From Anaerolineae bacterium (GTDB lineage: Bacteria > Chloroflexota > Anaerolineae > B4-G1 > SLSP01), in the NCBI GenBank assembly GCA_016931185.1, contig JAFGFI010000018.1, positions 1,135 to 65,134 of the forward strand: a stretch of DNA of 64,000 nt. Direction: 5' to 3'. A program made the position numbers and the translations under genes. Under the pieces are notes generated by a model that saw only the letters and a program-made list of their open reading frames with translations, ran no database searches and was not told where the DNA came from. Below, one piece after another: positions 1 to 9,851 of this stretch. Positions within the stretch are counted from its first letter, which is position 1. Each line of letters opens with the position of its first letter.

Positions 1-192
1 TGACAACGTACATTTTCTTCCCAGAAAGCTGCTACATCCAGGTCTTGCGTCAAGGTCATAAAATCTTGTTCTATAATCGGCATCTTTTCTTCCTCTTTTA
101 GCGATAGCTCTATCATAACACAATTTCAGCCGTTATCAGCCCGACCCGGTCATAACGAAAATAATCGTTTTTGTTCCACGCGATTGTTTCAT

Positions 193-849
193 TTAATGAC
201 CTCCTGGCTTTAGTTTGTGTAGACACTCCGGGCAAATACCGTGGGTAAATGTCGCTTTAGAATGAGCCTCAATATAATGTTCAACTTCAATCCATTGTCC
301 CTGTTCATCTTGGATTTTACGCCCACACCAAGCGCAGATCGGCACCAAGTCACTCAGGGTTTTGATTGTTTCCAAGGCTGCCTGTAACTCAGTGTTGCGC
401 ACCTGCAATTCACGATTCTGCACGGCCAATTTAATGTTGGCTTCTTCCAAATCTATTTGTAGTTTACGCAAGTACAGATGAGTCCCAACCCGCGCCAATA
501 CTTCCTCCAATTGAAAGGGCTTGGTTACATAATCCACACCGCCGGCCGTAAAAGCCCTAACTTTATCTAGTGGTTCATCCAATGCACTGATGAAAATGAC
601 GGGAATTTCCCTCGTCTTGGGCTGTAATTTCAAACGGGTGCATACTTCATACCCATTTAGACCCGGCATCATAATATCCAACAGGATCAAGTCCGGTGGA
701 TTCAATTCAATCGCTGCCAGCGCGCGTTCACCATCCGTCACAGCTCGTACTTTATAGCCACTCTGCCCCAACATTTGTGAGAGCAAACGCAAATTTGCAG
801 GCGTATCATCTATGATGAGGATATTTTCTCTCTCGGTTGATGTTTCCAT
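193..849 (-). CDS. Response regulator: REC domain, coiled-coil linker, C-terminal four-Cys zinc-ribbon-like output module
   Basis: ORF 193..873. REC motifs ILIIDD, LLDIMMPGLNG (phospho-acceptor Asp) and YVTKPF. C-terminus PICAWCGRK...HGICPEC. The track start at 873 is TTG. ATG at 849 has GGGAGAG about 7 nt upstream and is preferred. Confidence 0.85.
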   Translation of the reverse strand: METSTERENILIIDDTPANLRLLSQMLGQSGYKVRAVTDGERALAAIELNPPDLILLDIMMPGLNGYEVCTRLKLQPKTREIPVIFISALDEPLDKVRAFTAGGVDYVTKPFQLEEVLARVGTHLYLRKLQIDLEEANIKLAVQNRELQVRNTELQAALETIKTLSDLVPICAWCGRKIQDEQGQWIEVEHYIEAHSKATFTHGICPECLHKLKPGGH

Positions 850-868
850 TGATTCTCTCCCAATATAG

Positions 869-915
869 GGCAAGGTTCGGAAATCTTGCCTTTTACCCTT
901 ACACTTTATGCCCTC
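869..915. repeat. Copy 1 of an approx. 45-nt intergenic element (GGCAAGGTTCrGAAAyCTTGC hairpin plus TTTTACnnTTACACTTT tail)
   Basis: GGCAAGGTTCGGAAATCTTGCCTTTTACCCTTACACTTTATGC. Compare with 17512-17555. Confidence 0.6.
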
Positions 916-961
916 TCAAACGTAAAAGTGTAAAGGTAACTTGAACCATCCCCAATATAGA

Positions 962-3900
962 TTATAAATTATTTCCTGGCAGAATAAGCTCCAAAATCTT
1001 AGTATATTCAAAATTATAAAGCCATTGTGTCAATTGTCCGGCTAATTGCGGCATCTGCGATTTTATTTGTACAATCAGAGTTTCCATCCATTCCAAATCA
1101 CCCTCCAGGATCGCCTGGTGTATCTCTTCAATCCACGCGGGATTGAGGGCTTTGATTTGCGCTTCAATAATATCGGAATCCAACTTATCATTTCCGGGCC
1201 ATACCTTCTCAGCGTGAGTTGTTAAGCTTGCTGTTTCCGCTTCCACCGAGGCATGGATAAAACGCAACCCCAAATGGCGCGTCAGAACTTCAAAAATCGC
1301 AGATTCTCGGAATGGCTTACGCACAAAATCATCACAGCCTTCAGCAAGAATACCTTCCCGTTCCTCTTCGAACGCGCTGGCCGTTAACGCGACAATAATG
1401 GGATACTGATGGCTCGATTTGTTGATTCTGGACTTGATCCGCCTCGTTGCCTCGTACCCGTCCATCCTTGGCATCCGCATATCCATAAAGATAAGATGTG
1501 GTTGCCATCTTTCCGATATAGCAACAGCTTCTTCACCATTGACGGCCTCACAAACGTCAAATCCAAGTGGTGTTAATAATTTTACCAACAACACGCGGCT
1601 GGCTTCATCATCCTCTACAATAAGGATGCGATAAACCGGTTGCCCTGGTTCGAGTCCGATAACCCGGCGCGCAGTGCGAGCATCTACTTCCCTAGCCACG
1701 TCTACAACTTCCGCCTGGATATCAAATGAGAATACGGAACCAACCCCAACCTCGCTTTGCACTGTCAAATCCCCACCCATTAACCGCACATATTCGCGGC
1801 TGATGGGTACCCCCAGTCCTGTACCCTGCCGCGATAGCTGTCCACTTTCGGTTTGTACAAAGGCTTCAAAAACTTTGTCTATCTCATCCGGTGCGATGCC
1901 AACGCCAGTATCCTTCACCTCGAAATGCAACTGAATGGGGGGAGGAGTATCAAGAATAGAAAATGAAGAATGAAAATCAGTTCCTTGATTCTCATCGCTC
2001 ACTTCCTGATTTCCAGTCTGTGACTTTCGCTCCTCGGTTCTCCATTCTCTATTCTCAACTTTCATCGTAATCCCTCCCTTTCTGGTAAACTTGACTGCAT
2101 TTCCCAAAAGGTTAATAAGAATTTGCCGGAGTTTGCCTTGATCGGCATAAATATGGCGCGGCACACTTGATGCAAAGTCAAATACCATAGTCAGTCCCCC
2201 TTGTTCCGCACGCAGGCTGAACATTTCCCCCAATCCTAAAAGCATCTCGTGTAAATCAAAAACTTCTGGCTGCAAAGTTTCCCGTCCAGCCTCAATCTTC
2301 GAGAGATCAAGCACATCATTGATAAGTGCAAGCAAGTGTGCGCCACTGCGTTCAATGATGTCTAAATTTTCACGTTGTTCCTGTGTCAAATTAGGAGCAT
2401 GGCTTATCAATTCGCTAAACCCCAAGACCGCATTGAGCGGTGTACGCAATTCATGGCTCATATTTGCCAAGAATACACTCTTAGCACGGTTGGCAGCTTC
2501 GGCATTTTCTTTAGCTTGAATCAATTCAGCTTCCATTCGCTTGCGCTCCGTGATATCATGAACGATGGAGTAGAGCAACTGTTGCTCCCCCATCTGGATT
2601 GGACCACTATACACCTCCACATCCCGCACCTCACCACTTGCCAGACGATGACGGAAAAAAAAGTGGCGGCGAGCTTCGCTTTTGGCCTGCTGCATTTCTT
2701 CGTAGACCTGTGCTGCGGACAATATGTTAATCTCAGTAATAAGCCGCGTCGTGAGTTCCGCACGCGTATAACCATAGTACGCGGATGCGGCCAAGTTCGC
2801 ATCTACAATACGCCCCGTTTCCGGGTCAATCAACAGCATCACTGCATAGTTATTATTAAACATACTGTGGTAACGTTCTTCACTCTCGCGCAATACACGG
2901 TTGATGGCTTCAATGCGCCGGGCCATATCATAAGCGCGCTCTTCGCTGGCACGGAAATTTTGCTCACGGGCTATAATTGCCCGCACCATAGTCTGAAAGC
3001 GGGTATGGATGCTGGTAAGTTCATCAAAACGGTAATGAATGCTCTCATCAGTATCAGGAAGACGTCCATTTTCTAACGCTTCTAATTTATGCGTCAATTG
3101 GGAGATAGGCAGAAGAACAGAGCGCGCAATCTGACGATTTTTGATACCCGCCAGGAGCATCAATCCCCCCAACAGCCCTGACAGGAAAAGAACCAGCAAC
3201 CGCTGCAAGGTCATAGGCAAATCTGTAGGAATTAGAAGCAATACATTGGCACCCACAGCCCGCTCTTCGGCAATGAGAGGTATCCAATGCCGTCCGCCCA
3301 CAATTAGGGTGCGGCGCATAGAGACCGGCCCTGTCCATTTTTTTAAGTCGAAGGAATACAAATTCAATTCAGGATCCGAAGAGACTATCACAAGGCCATC
3401 TTGCGAAATTAACATCACGGGGGTGCCAGAAAATCGGGAGTGTTGCACTATCAATTCCTGGATATATGCAAGGTTCATACGGCCTAGATACAAAGTTTCG
3501 TTATGCCGGTAAGCATAATAAATACTAGGAGTATCATCCTCATATCCTCGCATAATATCAGAAAAAAGATCTTTCCCTACCCCTCTGTTTAAATAACTCC
3601 CCAATTTTCCCCCAGAAAAGGAAAAACCAGGAAATACCAAACTACCCGGCACAGCCTTGTAAACTTGCACTACTCGGAATTCTGTATCTAACTGGTAGAG
3701 ATCAGAATAATCCGTGAACATACTTTGGGCAATGGTCAGTCGCTCCGCTTCGGGCAGGGTCGCCAAAAGGTCAAGTTTTCGACTCGCCTCGGTAAGCTGA
3801 CTTTTCAGGAAGAATGTCACTTTGTCTGCATCGGCCAGATGCAATTCCAAGTAACTACGATTGACCCATTCAAGTGTAATCCAGATGCCGGCCGACAGAA

Positions 3901-3982
3901 TAATGGCTGTCAGGATAAGCGCGCTAACTTCTAGTAATAGGAAGTAAGTATAAAAAGTTTTTCGACGCCCGCGCTTTACCAA
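962..3982 (-). CDS. Hybrid sensor histidine kinase (two TM helices around an extracytoplasmic domain, PAS, DHp, HATPase_c with insertion, REC, C-terminal helical domain)
   Basis: 1006-aa ORF with TTG start. H-box MSHELRTPLN, N-box NLLGNAVKFT, G1 DTGVGI, G2 GTGLGV. Receiver ILIVEDD...FMDMRMPRMDG...FVRKPF. PAS-like ERYHSMFNNNYAVMLLIDPETGRIVDAN. Confidence 0.9.
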   Translation of the reverse strand: MVKRGRRKTFYTYFLLLEVSALILTAIILSAGIWITLEWVNRSYLELHLADADKVTFFLKSQLTEASRKLDLLATLPEAERLTIAQSMFTDYSDLYQLDTEFRVVQVYKAVPGSLVFPGFSFSGGKLGSYLNRGVGKDLFSDIMRGYEDDTPSIYYAYRHNETLYLGRMNLAYIQELIVQHSRFSGTPVMLISQDGLVIVSSDPELNLYSFDLKKWTGPVSMRRTLIVGGRHWIPLIAEERAVGANVLLLIPTDLPMTLQRLLVLFLSGLLGGLMLLAGIKNRQIARSVLLPISQLTHKLEALENGRLPDTDESIHYRFDELTSIHTRFQTMVRAIIAREQNFRASEERAYDMARRIEAINRVLRESEERYHSMFNNNYAVMLLIDPETGRIVDANLAASAYYGYTRAELTTRLITEINILSAAQVYEEMQQAKSEARRHFFFRHRLASGEVRDVEVYSGPIQMGEQQLLYSIVHDITERKRMEAELIQAKENAEAANRAKSVFLANMSHELRTPLNAVLGFSELISHAPNLTQEQRENLDIIERSGAHLLALINDVLDLSKIEAGRETLQPEVFDLHEMLLGLGEMFSLRAEQGGLTMVFDFASSVPRHIYADQGKLRQILINLLGNAVKFTRKGGITMKVENREWRTEERKSQTGNQEVSDENQGTDFHSSFSILDTPPPIQLHFEVKDTGVGIAPDEIDKVFEAFVQTESGQLSRQGTGLGVPISREYVRLMGGDLTVQSEVGVGSVFSFDIQAEVVDVAREVDARTARRVIGLEPGQPVYRILIVEDDEASRVLLVKLLTPLGFDVCEAVNGEEAVAISERWQPHLIFMDMRMPRMDGYEATRRIKSRINKSSHQYPIIVALTASAFEEEREGILAEGCDDFVRKPFRESAIFEVLTRHLGLRFIHASVEAETASLTTHAEKVWPGNDKLDSDIIEAQIKALNPAWIEEIHQAILEGDLEWMETLIVQIKSQMPQLAGQLTQWLYNFEYTKILELILPGNNL

Positions 3983-3987
3983 AGCTC

Positions 3988-6591
3988 CTACTCCATATTT
4001 GAAGGCGTGACGGTTACCCGCAGAGTGATTCCGCCTTTATCCGTGAATTTGATCGCATTGCTGAGCAAATTGATGAGTACTTGGCGCAACTTGCCCACGT
4101 CCGCACGGATATAACGGGGGACATCCGGTGTGAGATCAAAGACCACAGTCAATCCCTTCTGTTGAGCGCGCAAGCTGAACATCTCACCTAACCCCAGAAG
4201 CATTTCGTGCAGATCGAAGACTTCCGGTTGTAACTCAATCCGCCCGGCCTCAATCTTGGACAGGTCAAGAACATCATTGATGAGTGCAAGCAGATGTTCT
4301 CCACTGCGCTCAATGATTTCCAGATTTTCACGCTGTGTCTGAATGAGATTCGGATCACGCGTCATTAATTCACTGAAGCCCAGAACCGCATTGAGGGGGG
4401 TGCGCAATTCGTGGCTCATATTTGCCAAGAACTCACTTTTGGCACGGTTGGCAGCTTCGGCTAGACGCAACGCAGTTTCCGCGGCTTGAGTGCGTTCTTC
4501 AGCGAAAGCTTTAGCCTGTTGTAAAATTTCTTCTGTTTGTTTACGCGCGGTGATGTCGCTCACAATTCCACAAGCGTACTCTTGCCCCTGGAATTGTACA
4601 TAATTGGTGCGCACTTCCACCGGATAAATGATACCATCTTTCTTTTTGTACAAACTTTCAAAAATCAATGCTCCTTGCTGCTTAAGTCTCTGCCAAAGTA
4701 CAGACCATAGTGCATCAGTATAATCGGAAACTAAGTCGGTAACACCTAACGTCAGCAATTCCTCGTGCGTATACCCCATACACCGGCAAGCCGCTTCATT
4801 GACGTAAACGACATGTCCATCGGCAGTCACCCAATATGCAGCGTCGACCATGTGATCCACAACAAATTGTGTAAAACGCAAAGCCTCTTCAATCCGCACT
4901 TGTTCTGTCACATCCGTAGAAATGCCTACCATACCGGTAGGATTCCCCTCTGCATCATATACCACCCAAGTACGTGTATCCAGGATAAATTCTTGATGCT
5001 GGCGATTGTAGTTGATCACCCGCACCTGCCATGCCCCATGTTGAAGGGTCTGATAAACAATATCATCCTGGATGACACTTCTATCCGGATTTTCACCCAG
5101 AATATGCACTGTTGTACCGAGTAATTCCTCGTGTGACCGTCCGGTTTGTTGAATAACAGCATCATTAACATAGGTAATCCGGCCTTCCAAATCTGTGGCA
5201 ATGATCAAGTCTTTAATTTGTTCTAATAACATAGCCTGAAAACGCAACTGCTCTGCGATCTGTGTGCGTTCTGCGATTTCCTGTTCCAGACGGCGATTGC
5301 TCCGGCGCAGGTCAGTGGTACGCACTCGTACCTGGAACTCCAAATCGGCATTGAGTTCCATCAAATCCTGACGTACCAGATGTAACCGTCGCGTCTGCCG
5401 GGTCAAAATGATCACTAATCCCAACAATACACCAAATCCGAATATGACACTGATAATCTGCCATCGGTAAAGTTCCCAAGTGGAATACTGCCGGTTTTTG
5501 ATAATACTTTCTGGCGGTAGGGTAGATAGTGGAATACGGTAACGTTGTAAGGCCAGATGATCGAAAATGAAGCGATCACCATTTTCGGTTAGGACCGGAA
5601 TGGCACTCGCGGACTCGCCGCGCAGGATACGCAATCCCAATCGCGTGGCTGCACGGGCTTGTTGCTCAATACTATACATATACCCGCCCACCGTCCCGGT
5701 ACCGATGAACTGATCGTAACTACTTAATACCGGTACGGATGAAACCATCGCCAGTTCACGCAGTGCATCAATGGGACGGTAAGTAATACCGGCTGCATCT
5801 TCAAACATCAAACGATACATTATTACTGATGTTTGGGGTAACATCGCTGCGCGCCGTTTGATCTCCGTAAGTGGTAAATCAGACCAATCCGTTACTTGCA
5901 CCTGATCCTGTAATGCCGCCTTTAAATCTGCTGCTGGCACCAGGTAACTGCGATCCGCGGCGCCCACTCCATATACGAGAATAACTTCAGTGATGCCGGG
6001 GAATGCATGTAGGATCCACTGCACAGATAGCTGATTATCTACAATCCCTGTGACTCCCGTGACATCGGAGGGAAGCTGCCACGTCGCTATCTGTTCGGTG
6101 GCAATGTCATAGAAAATGACTGGCGTATCCGGAAGAATGTCCGCGCGCTGCGCCAACCATAAATTTAGCATACGCTCACTACTAACCAGCACCAAGTCTA
6201 TCGGCCTATCGCGGTATTTGCGTGTATACAGTGCGAAAAGTTCTTGCTGATAGGTCTCATCGCTGAAACGGGCAAGATCTAAATACTCATAGTATAGATC
6301 GAGAGCTAAATCATCTGCCTGACCCAATTCTTCCCGAATCGCTTGCAATGCTAACGTATAAGATGGCAAATCAAATTGATAAGGGAATAGCAGCAAAACG
6401 GCCTTTTGCGTGGGTAACTCTATTTCCCGCAATGTAACTGCTGTTAATGTGCCGGTTGGCATTTGACTGAGCAACAACAGACTTAACAGTAATAGCCAAC
6501 GCCAAGGGGAAATCGTTAAGATATTCTCCATTGAATTCGGAAAGTCAAAAAATCGCAAATTCCAAACCGGACGATTATGAACTTCCCCCAT
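3988..6591 (-). CDS. Sensor histidine kinase paralog (periplasmic solute-binding-like sensor, TM, two PAS, DHp) with truncated ATP-binding domain
   Basis: 867-aa ORF. AAGGGG lies upstream of ATG 6591. Hydrophobic WRWLLLLSLLLLSQ and TM ISVIFGFGVLLGLVIILT. H-box MSHELRTPLN and N-box NLLSNAIKFT are present, but the ORF stops 17 aa later with no DxGxG or GxGLG boxes. Confidence 0.8.
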   Translation of the reverse strand: MGEVHNRPVWNLRFFDFPNSMENILTISPWRWLLLLSLLLLSQMPTGTLTAVTLREIELPTQKAVLLLFPYQFDLPSYTLALQAIREELGQADDLALDLYYEYLDLARFSDETYQQELFALYTRKYRDRPIDLVLVSSERMLNLWLAQRADILPDTPVIFYDIATEQIATWQLPSDVTGVTGIVDNQLSVQWILHAFPGITEVILVYGVGAADRSYLVPAADLKAALQDQVQVTDWSDLPLTEIKRRAAMLPQTSVIMYRLMFEDAAGITYRPIDALRELAMVSSVPVLSSYDQFIGTGTVGGYMYSIEQQARAATRLGLRILRGESASAIPVLTENGDRFIFDHLALQRYRIPLSTLPPESIIKNRQYSTWELYRWQIISVIFGFGVLLGLVIILTRQTRRLHLVRQDLMELNADLEFQVRVRTTDLRRSNRRLEQEIAERTQIAEQLRFQAMLLEQIKDLIIATDLEGRITYVNDAVIQQTGRSHEELLGTTVHILGENPDRSVIQDDIVYQTLQHGAWQVRVINYNRQHQEFILDTRTWVVYDAEGNPTGMVGISTDVTEQVRIEEALRFTQFVVDHMVDAAYWVTADGHVVYVNEAACRCMGYTHEELLTLGVTDLVSDYTDALWSVLWQRLKQQGALIFESLYKKKDGIIYPVEVRTNYVQFQGQEYACGIVSDITARKQTEEILQQAKAFAEERTQAAETALRLAEAANRAKSEFLANMSHELRTPLNAVLGFSELMTRDPNLIQTQRENLEIIERSGEHLLALINDVLDLSKIEAGRIELQPEVFDLHEMLLGLGEMFSLRAQQKGLTVVFDLTPDVPRYIRADVGKLRQVLINLLSNAIKFTDKGGITLRVTVTPSNME

Positions 6592-6609
6592 GCTTTTTCC
6601 CCTTATACT

Positions 6610-8733
6610 TTACAAATGACTCAACTTCAATATAACCGGCAGATACATCTGATGTCCCATCCGTAACACAATGATGCCGTCCAGCGGCGGAAGCACAACT
6701 TGTGTGACAATATGACCGTTGTTCACATCCGGAACCTGTGTTCCCCGGAGCTTGTGGTACGTACCGCCTAAAGGCACAGTTTGTACACTCGCGGTAGCAT
6801 TGGACAACGCCACCCCGCCCGTATAATCACGCCGCCATACATCGCGCCCGCCAGTTTGCAAACGCACATCATCAAACCAGACAGATCCCGTAGTTGCTCC
6901 CACCTCCAGGTGAAACACTGCTGCCGGGTCACTACCAGCCGCGACCCCACTGAATTCATACATCTGCCACGTCGTACTCAGCGCGATGCTCTCAAACCCA
7001 AGATACTCGTTCCATGGAGATGTATTCTGTTGCACTGCTGCCGCAATAGTCCACGCACCATTGGCTTTGGCCCAGAAGGAAAGTGTATATTCTGTGCCGG
7101 AGATAATGTTAACCGGGGATTTGGAAAACTCCACCTCCCAGTCAGTTCCCTGACTCTGCGTTACATCCACTCTAACAGAGGCATTTCCCTCTGCCGCGGT
7201 GCTTGCATCCGTCGTGAATGTGGCCGTATAGCTTTCAGCCGCCCATAGGTCCCACTCGCCCAGCCCCTGCTCGAACGTGCCATCCCCCAATAAGTTAGAC
7301 GTGGTCAGAGCCGGTAAAGCCTGACGGGCCGGACCGAGCGGTTGGCCCAAATATCCCCGACCGAGTCCTGCGCCGTCATATTCATCAAACCAGAGCAAAC
7401 AGAGTGCCCCGTGGCCGTTCGTATTGATCTCATAACTGAAGAAGCCATCGTTAAGCAGGGCGGTTGTCAGACCAAAGCGTAACTTCCGGTAGTTGGGAAC
7501 AAAGCCCGGGTCATCGCAGGGATTATCATAACTGCCATCATCTGTAGGATCAGGGCCACTGTCGTCCTCATAAGTCTCGATCATGGTCAAATTAGGGGAT
7601 TGTGCCTGCGCCATCCACTCAAAATAGCTACCACCATCCACCGGGCCGAAGACCGTCTGTTTCCAGGACACACCGTATGCGGTGCCATCCTCCATCGGAA
7701 AGCCTTCAAAATTGTTGCCATTGAGTACCTCATAATTGGCCATGCCCCAGTTGACAAAAATGATCTTGCCCACTCCAATAGCCTCACGAATAACCTGCTC
7801 ATAGTGGCGTAGGCCTGCATTCCAGGCTGCATCGAAGTCATCATAATTAGTGAGTAGTGTATTCGATTGATCGGGGTCCAGGGTGCGGGCAGTAGAATTG
7901 CCGATAAGCCAACTCTCATCGGCATCACTGCGGTCCAACAAAATACCATCCCAACTCTCACCCGGACTCGCGGTTCCGGCATTAACTAAGGCTATGGCGC
8001 GGCGGGCATTATAATCGGGCCAGATTTCCGGGCCAATTGTAGGGCTGATGATAGCTTGGGGGGATAGTGTGCTCACATTAAGCACCCACGAGTCGGGCCA
8101 GAAGGTCACGTGAGCCGCGATACGTGTACCGGCAGCATGAGTTCCTGCCGGGCGGACATAACCGCGCTGTACGGTGAGGGTTTTGTTGACAGCATCCACC
8201 GCCTCAATGTAGACGCTTTCACTTTCGATTAACGCGGTATCCCCTTCCACAAACAGTGCGTAAGTCTCCGCGCCATCGGTCGCCGTAACAGCGGTCACAT
8301 GAAATAATGTCTCGTTCGCATCCACAGCCTGGGTTAACTCAGAACCGACCTGTGTCAAGAACCACGCTGCCGGAATTTTGATCACTTCCTCATTCTGAGC
8401 TATCTCCCATGGCTCTAAATTTGATCCGGGATAATAACTCAGCTCGCAGGCATTGGTAGCGTTGAGCAACAGGATATCAGGGTTACGCGCGCGCAGGTCG
8501 GGAATAAACTGTTCTGTGCCCGGCCACAGCGCGACCCAATCGTAACGCGCGATATCGTCCAGGGATTGTGTCCATAGATCGGGCCACCACATACCCAGTC
8601 GGGGAAAGCCCGATGGAAGTTGCACCATCCCGGTGACGGGTATAGAGGTAGTATATATGGGAGCAGAATTTATTGCGATAGCGTCATTCGCAGTCAGTAG
8701 ATAAATTATGATAACGATAAGATAGCCTATCAC
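6610..8733 (-). CDS. Secreted glycan-active-like protein with C-terminal CBM4/9-like carbohydrate-binding module
   Basis: 707-aa ORF. GTG start overlaps the upstream stop (GTGA). Signal-like MIGYLIVIIIYLLTANDAIA. C-terminal beta-sandwich-like GTFEQGLGEWDLW...SVWFDDVRLQ. The N-terminal catalytic family was not recognised. Confidence 0.5.
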   Translation of the reverse strand: MIGYLIVIIIYLLTANDAIAINSAPIYTTSIPVTGMVQLPSGFPRLGMWWPDLWTQSLDDIARYDWVALWPGTEQFIPDLRARNPDILLLNATNACELSYYPGSNLEPWEIAQNEEVIKIPAAWFLTQVGSELTQAVDANETLFHVTAVTATDGAETYALFVEGDTALIESESVYIEAVDAVNKTLTVQRGYVRPAGTHAAGTRIAAHVTFWPDSWVLNVSTLSPQAIISPTIGPEIWPDYNARRAIALVNAGTASPGESWDGILLDRSDADESWLIGNSTARTLDPDQSNTLLTNYDDFDAAWNAGLRHYEQVIREAIGVGKIIFVNWGMANYEVLNGNNFEGFPMEDGTAYGVSWKQTVFGPVDGGSYFEWMAQAQSPNLTMIETYEDDSGPDPTDDGSYDNPCDDPGFVPNYRKLRFGLTTALLNDGFFSYEINTNGHGALCLLWFDEYDGAGLGRGYLGQPLGPARQALPALTTSNLLGDGTFEQGLGEWDLWAAESYTATFTTDASTAAEGNASVRVDVTQSQGTDWEVEFSKSPVNIISGTEYTLSFWAKANGAWTIAAAVQQNTSPWNEYLGFESIALSTTWQMYEFSGVAAGSDPAAVFHLEVGATTGSVWFDDVRLQTGGRDVWRRDYTGGVALSNATASVQTVPLGGTYHKLRGTQVPDVNNGHIVTQVVLPPLDGIIVLRMGHQMYLPVILKLSHL

Positions 8734-9815
8734 ATGTTTATAGCCTCCATATCTTCAGCGGTAAGAATTACGTTAATGGCTCCAACATTATCCTCTAAAT
8801 GTGCCATCTTGGTCACACCCGCGATAACCGATGTCGTTACATCATGTGCCAATAACCAGGCGATAGCGAGTTGGGCCAACGTACACTCTTTGCGCTCGGC
8901 AATAACGACCAAGTTCTCCACCCGCTCAAGGTTATCCTCGGTGAGAAATTCTTTAGCCCAGCTTTCTTCCATCAATCGCCCCGCATTATCCAGATTGCCC
9001 TTGCGATAGCGCCCTGTGAGCAATCCTACAGCCAGGGGAATGTAAGGGATCAGGCCAATTTGATTTTCAGCTAAGTAAGTGAGAAAATCTGCTTCATCCG
9101 CCAGGGTGGCTCCTGTTTGAGCCGCCACTCTCGGACGTTGCAACACATTATACGCATTTTGCACCCCGATGATGCGCCGCGAGGGATTGACGGCAACTGC
9201 GGCCAGCGCACTACTCTCGACGGCCAGTTGCGCGCTAGTGCGATTGGAGACGGCTAAATAACGCACTTTACCTTGTGAGACTAAGGTATTCAGCGCGTCC
9301 CAGGTTTCATCCAACGGCGTTTCCCAGGAAGCATCAGGCAATAGCGCCGGCGCGTGATGGTAAAGGAGATCGATAGTACCGGTTTGCAGACGGCGCAAGG
9401 AATCTTCCACTGCCCGGATAATATATTTGCGTGACGCGCCACTCTCGTTAGGTGAGAAATCGCGTGCCAGTTCGTGTTCATCACGCACCGAGTTACGGAC
9501 TTTGGTGGCTAACACCACGCTATCCCGCGCACGCCCCCCCCGGCTTTTGAAATAGCGACCTAACATGCGTTCACTGTTGCCCGATCCCGCGTTGTAGGAA
9601 TTCGCAGTATCCCAATGCGTCACACCTAATTCCAATGCACGGTCAAGTATCTGGAACCCTTCATGTTCACCGACGCGAGAGCCGTCATAAACGGGATCCC
9701 CCCATTTCCACAATCCCAGGCCCACCTCCGACAACCACAAGCCAGACTTACCCAATCGCCGGTATTTCATGCCTCTAAACGTCTTTGTATGTAACACTAT
9801 ATCTTCCTTTCTCAT
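8730..9815 (-). CDS. Aldo/keto reductase family oxidoreductase
   Basis: MKYRRLGKSGLWLSEVGLGLW and DTANSYN motifs. GGAGG lies 10 nt upstream of ATG 9815. An alternative start at 9770 (MKYRRLG) is possible. Confidence 0.85.
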   Translation of the reverse strand: MRKEDIVLHTKTFRGMKYRRLGKSGLWLSEVGLGLWKWGDPVYDGSRVGEHEGFQILDRALELGVTHWDTANSYNAGSGNSERMLGRYFKSRGGRARDSVVLATKVRNSVRDEHELARDFSPNESGASRKYIIRAVEDSLRRLQTGTIDLLYHHAPALLPDASWETPLDETWDALNTLVSQGKVRYLAVSNRTSAQLAVESSALAAVAVNPSRRIIGVQNAYNVLQRPRVAAQTGATLADEADFLTYLAENQIGLIPYIPLAVGLLTGRYRKGNLDNAGRLMEESWAKEFLTEDNLERVENLVVIAERKECTLAQLAIAWLLAHDVTTSVIAGVTKMAHLEDNVGAINVILTAEDMEAINM

Positions 9816-9851
9816 AATGGTATACCCTCCAATTAAGATAACCCCAATGAT

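Noticed and set aside
962-1300. HPt domain at the C-terminus of the hybrid kinase.
   Set aside because: The region is helical and contains IHQAILEGD, but it lacks the canonical HxxKG signature. It is left as an unassigned helical domain.
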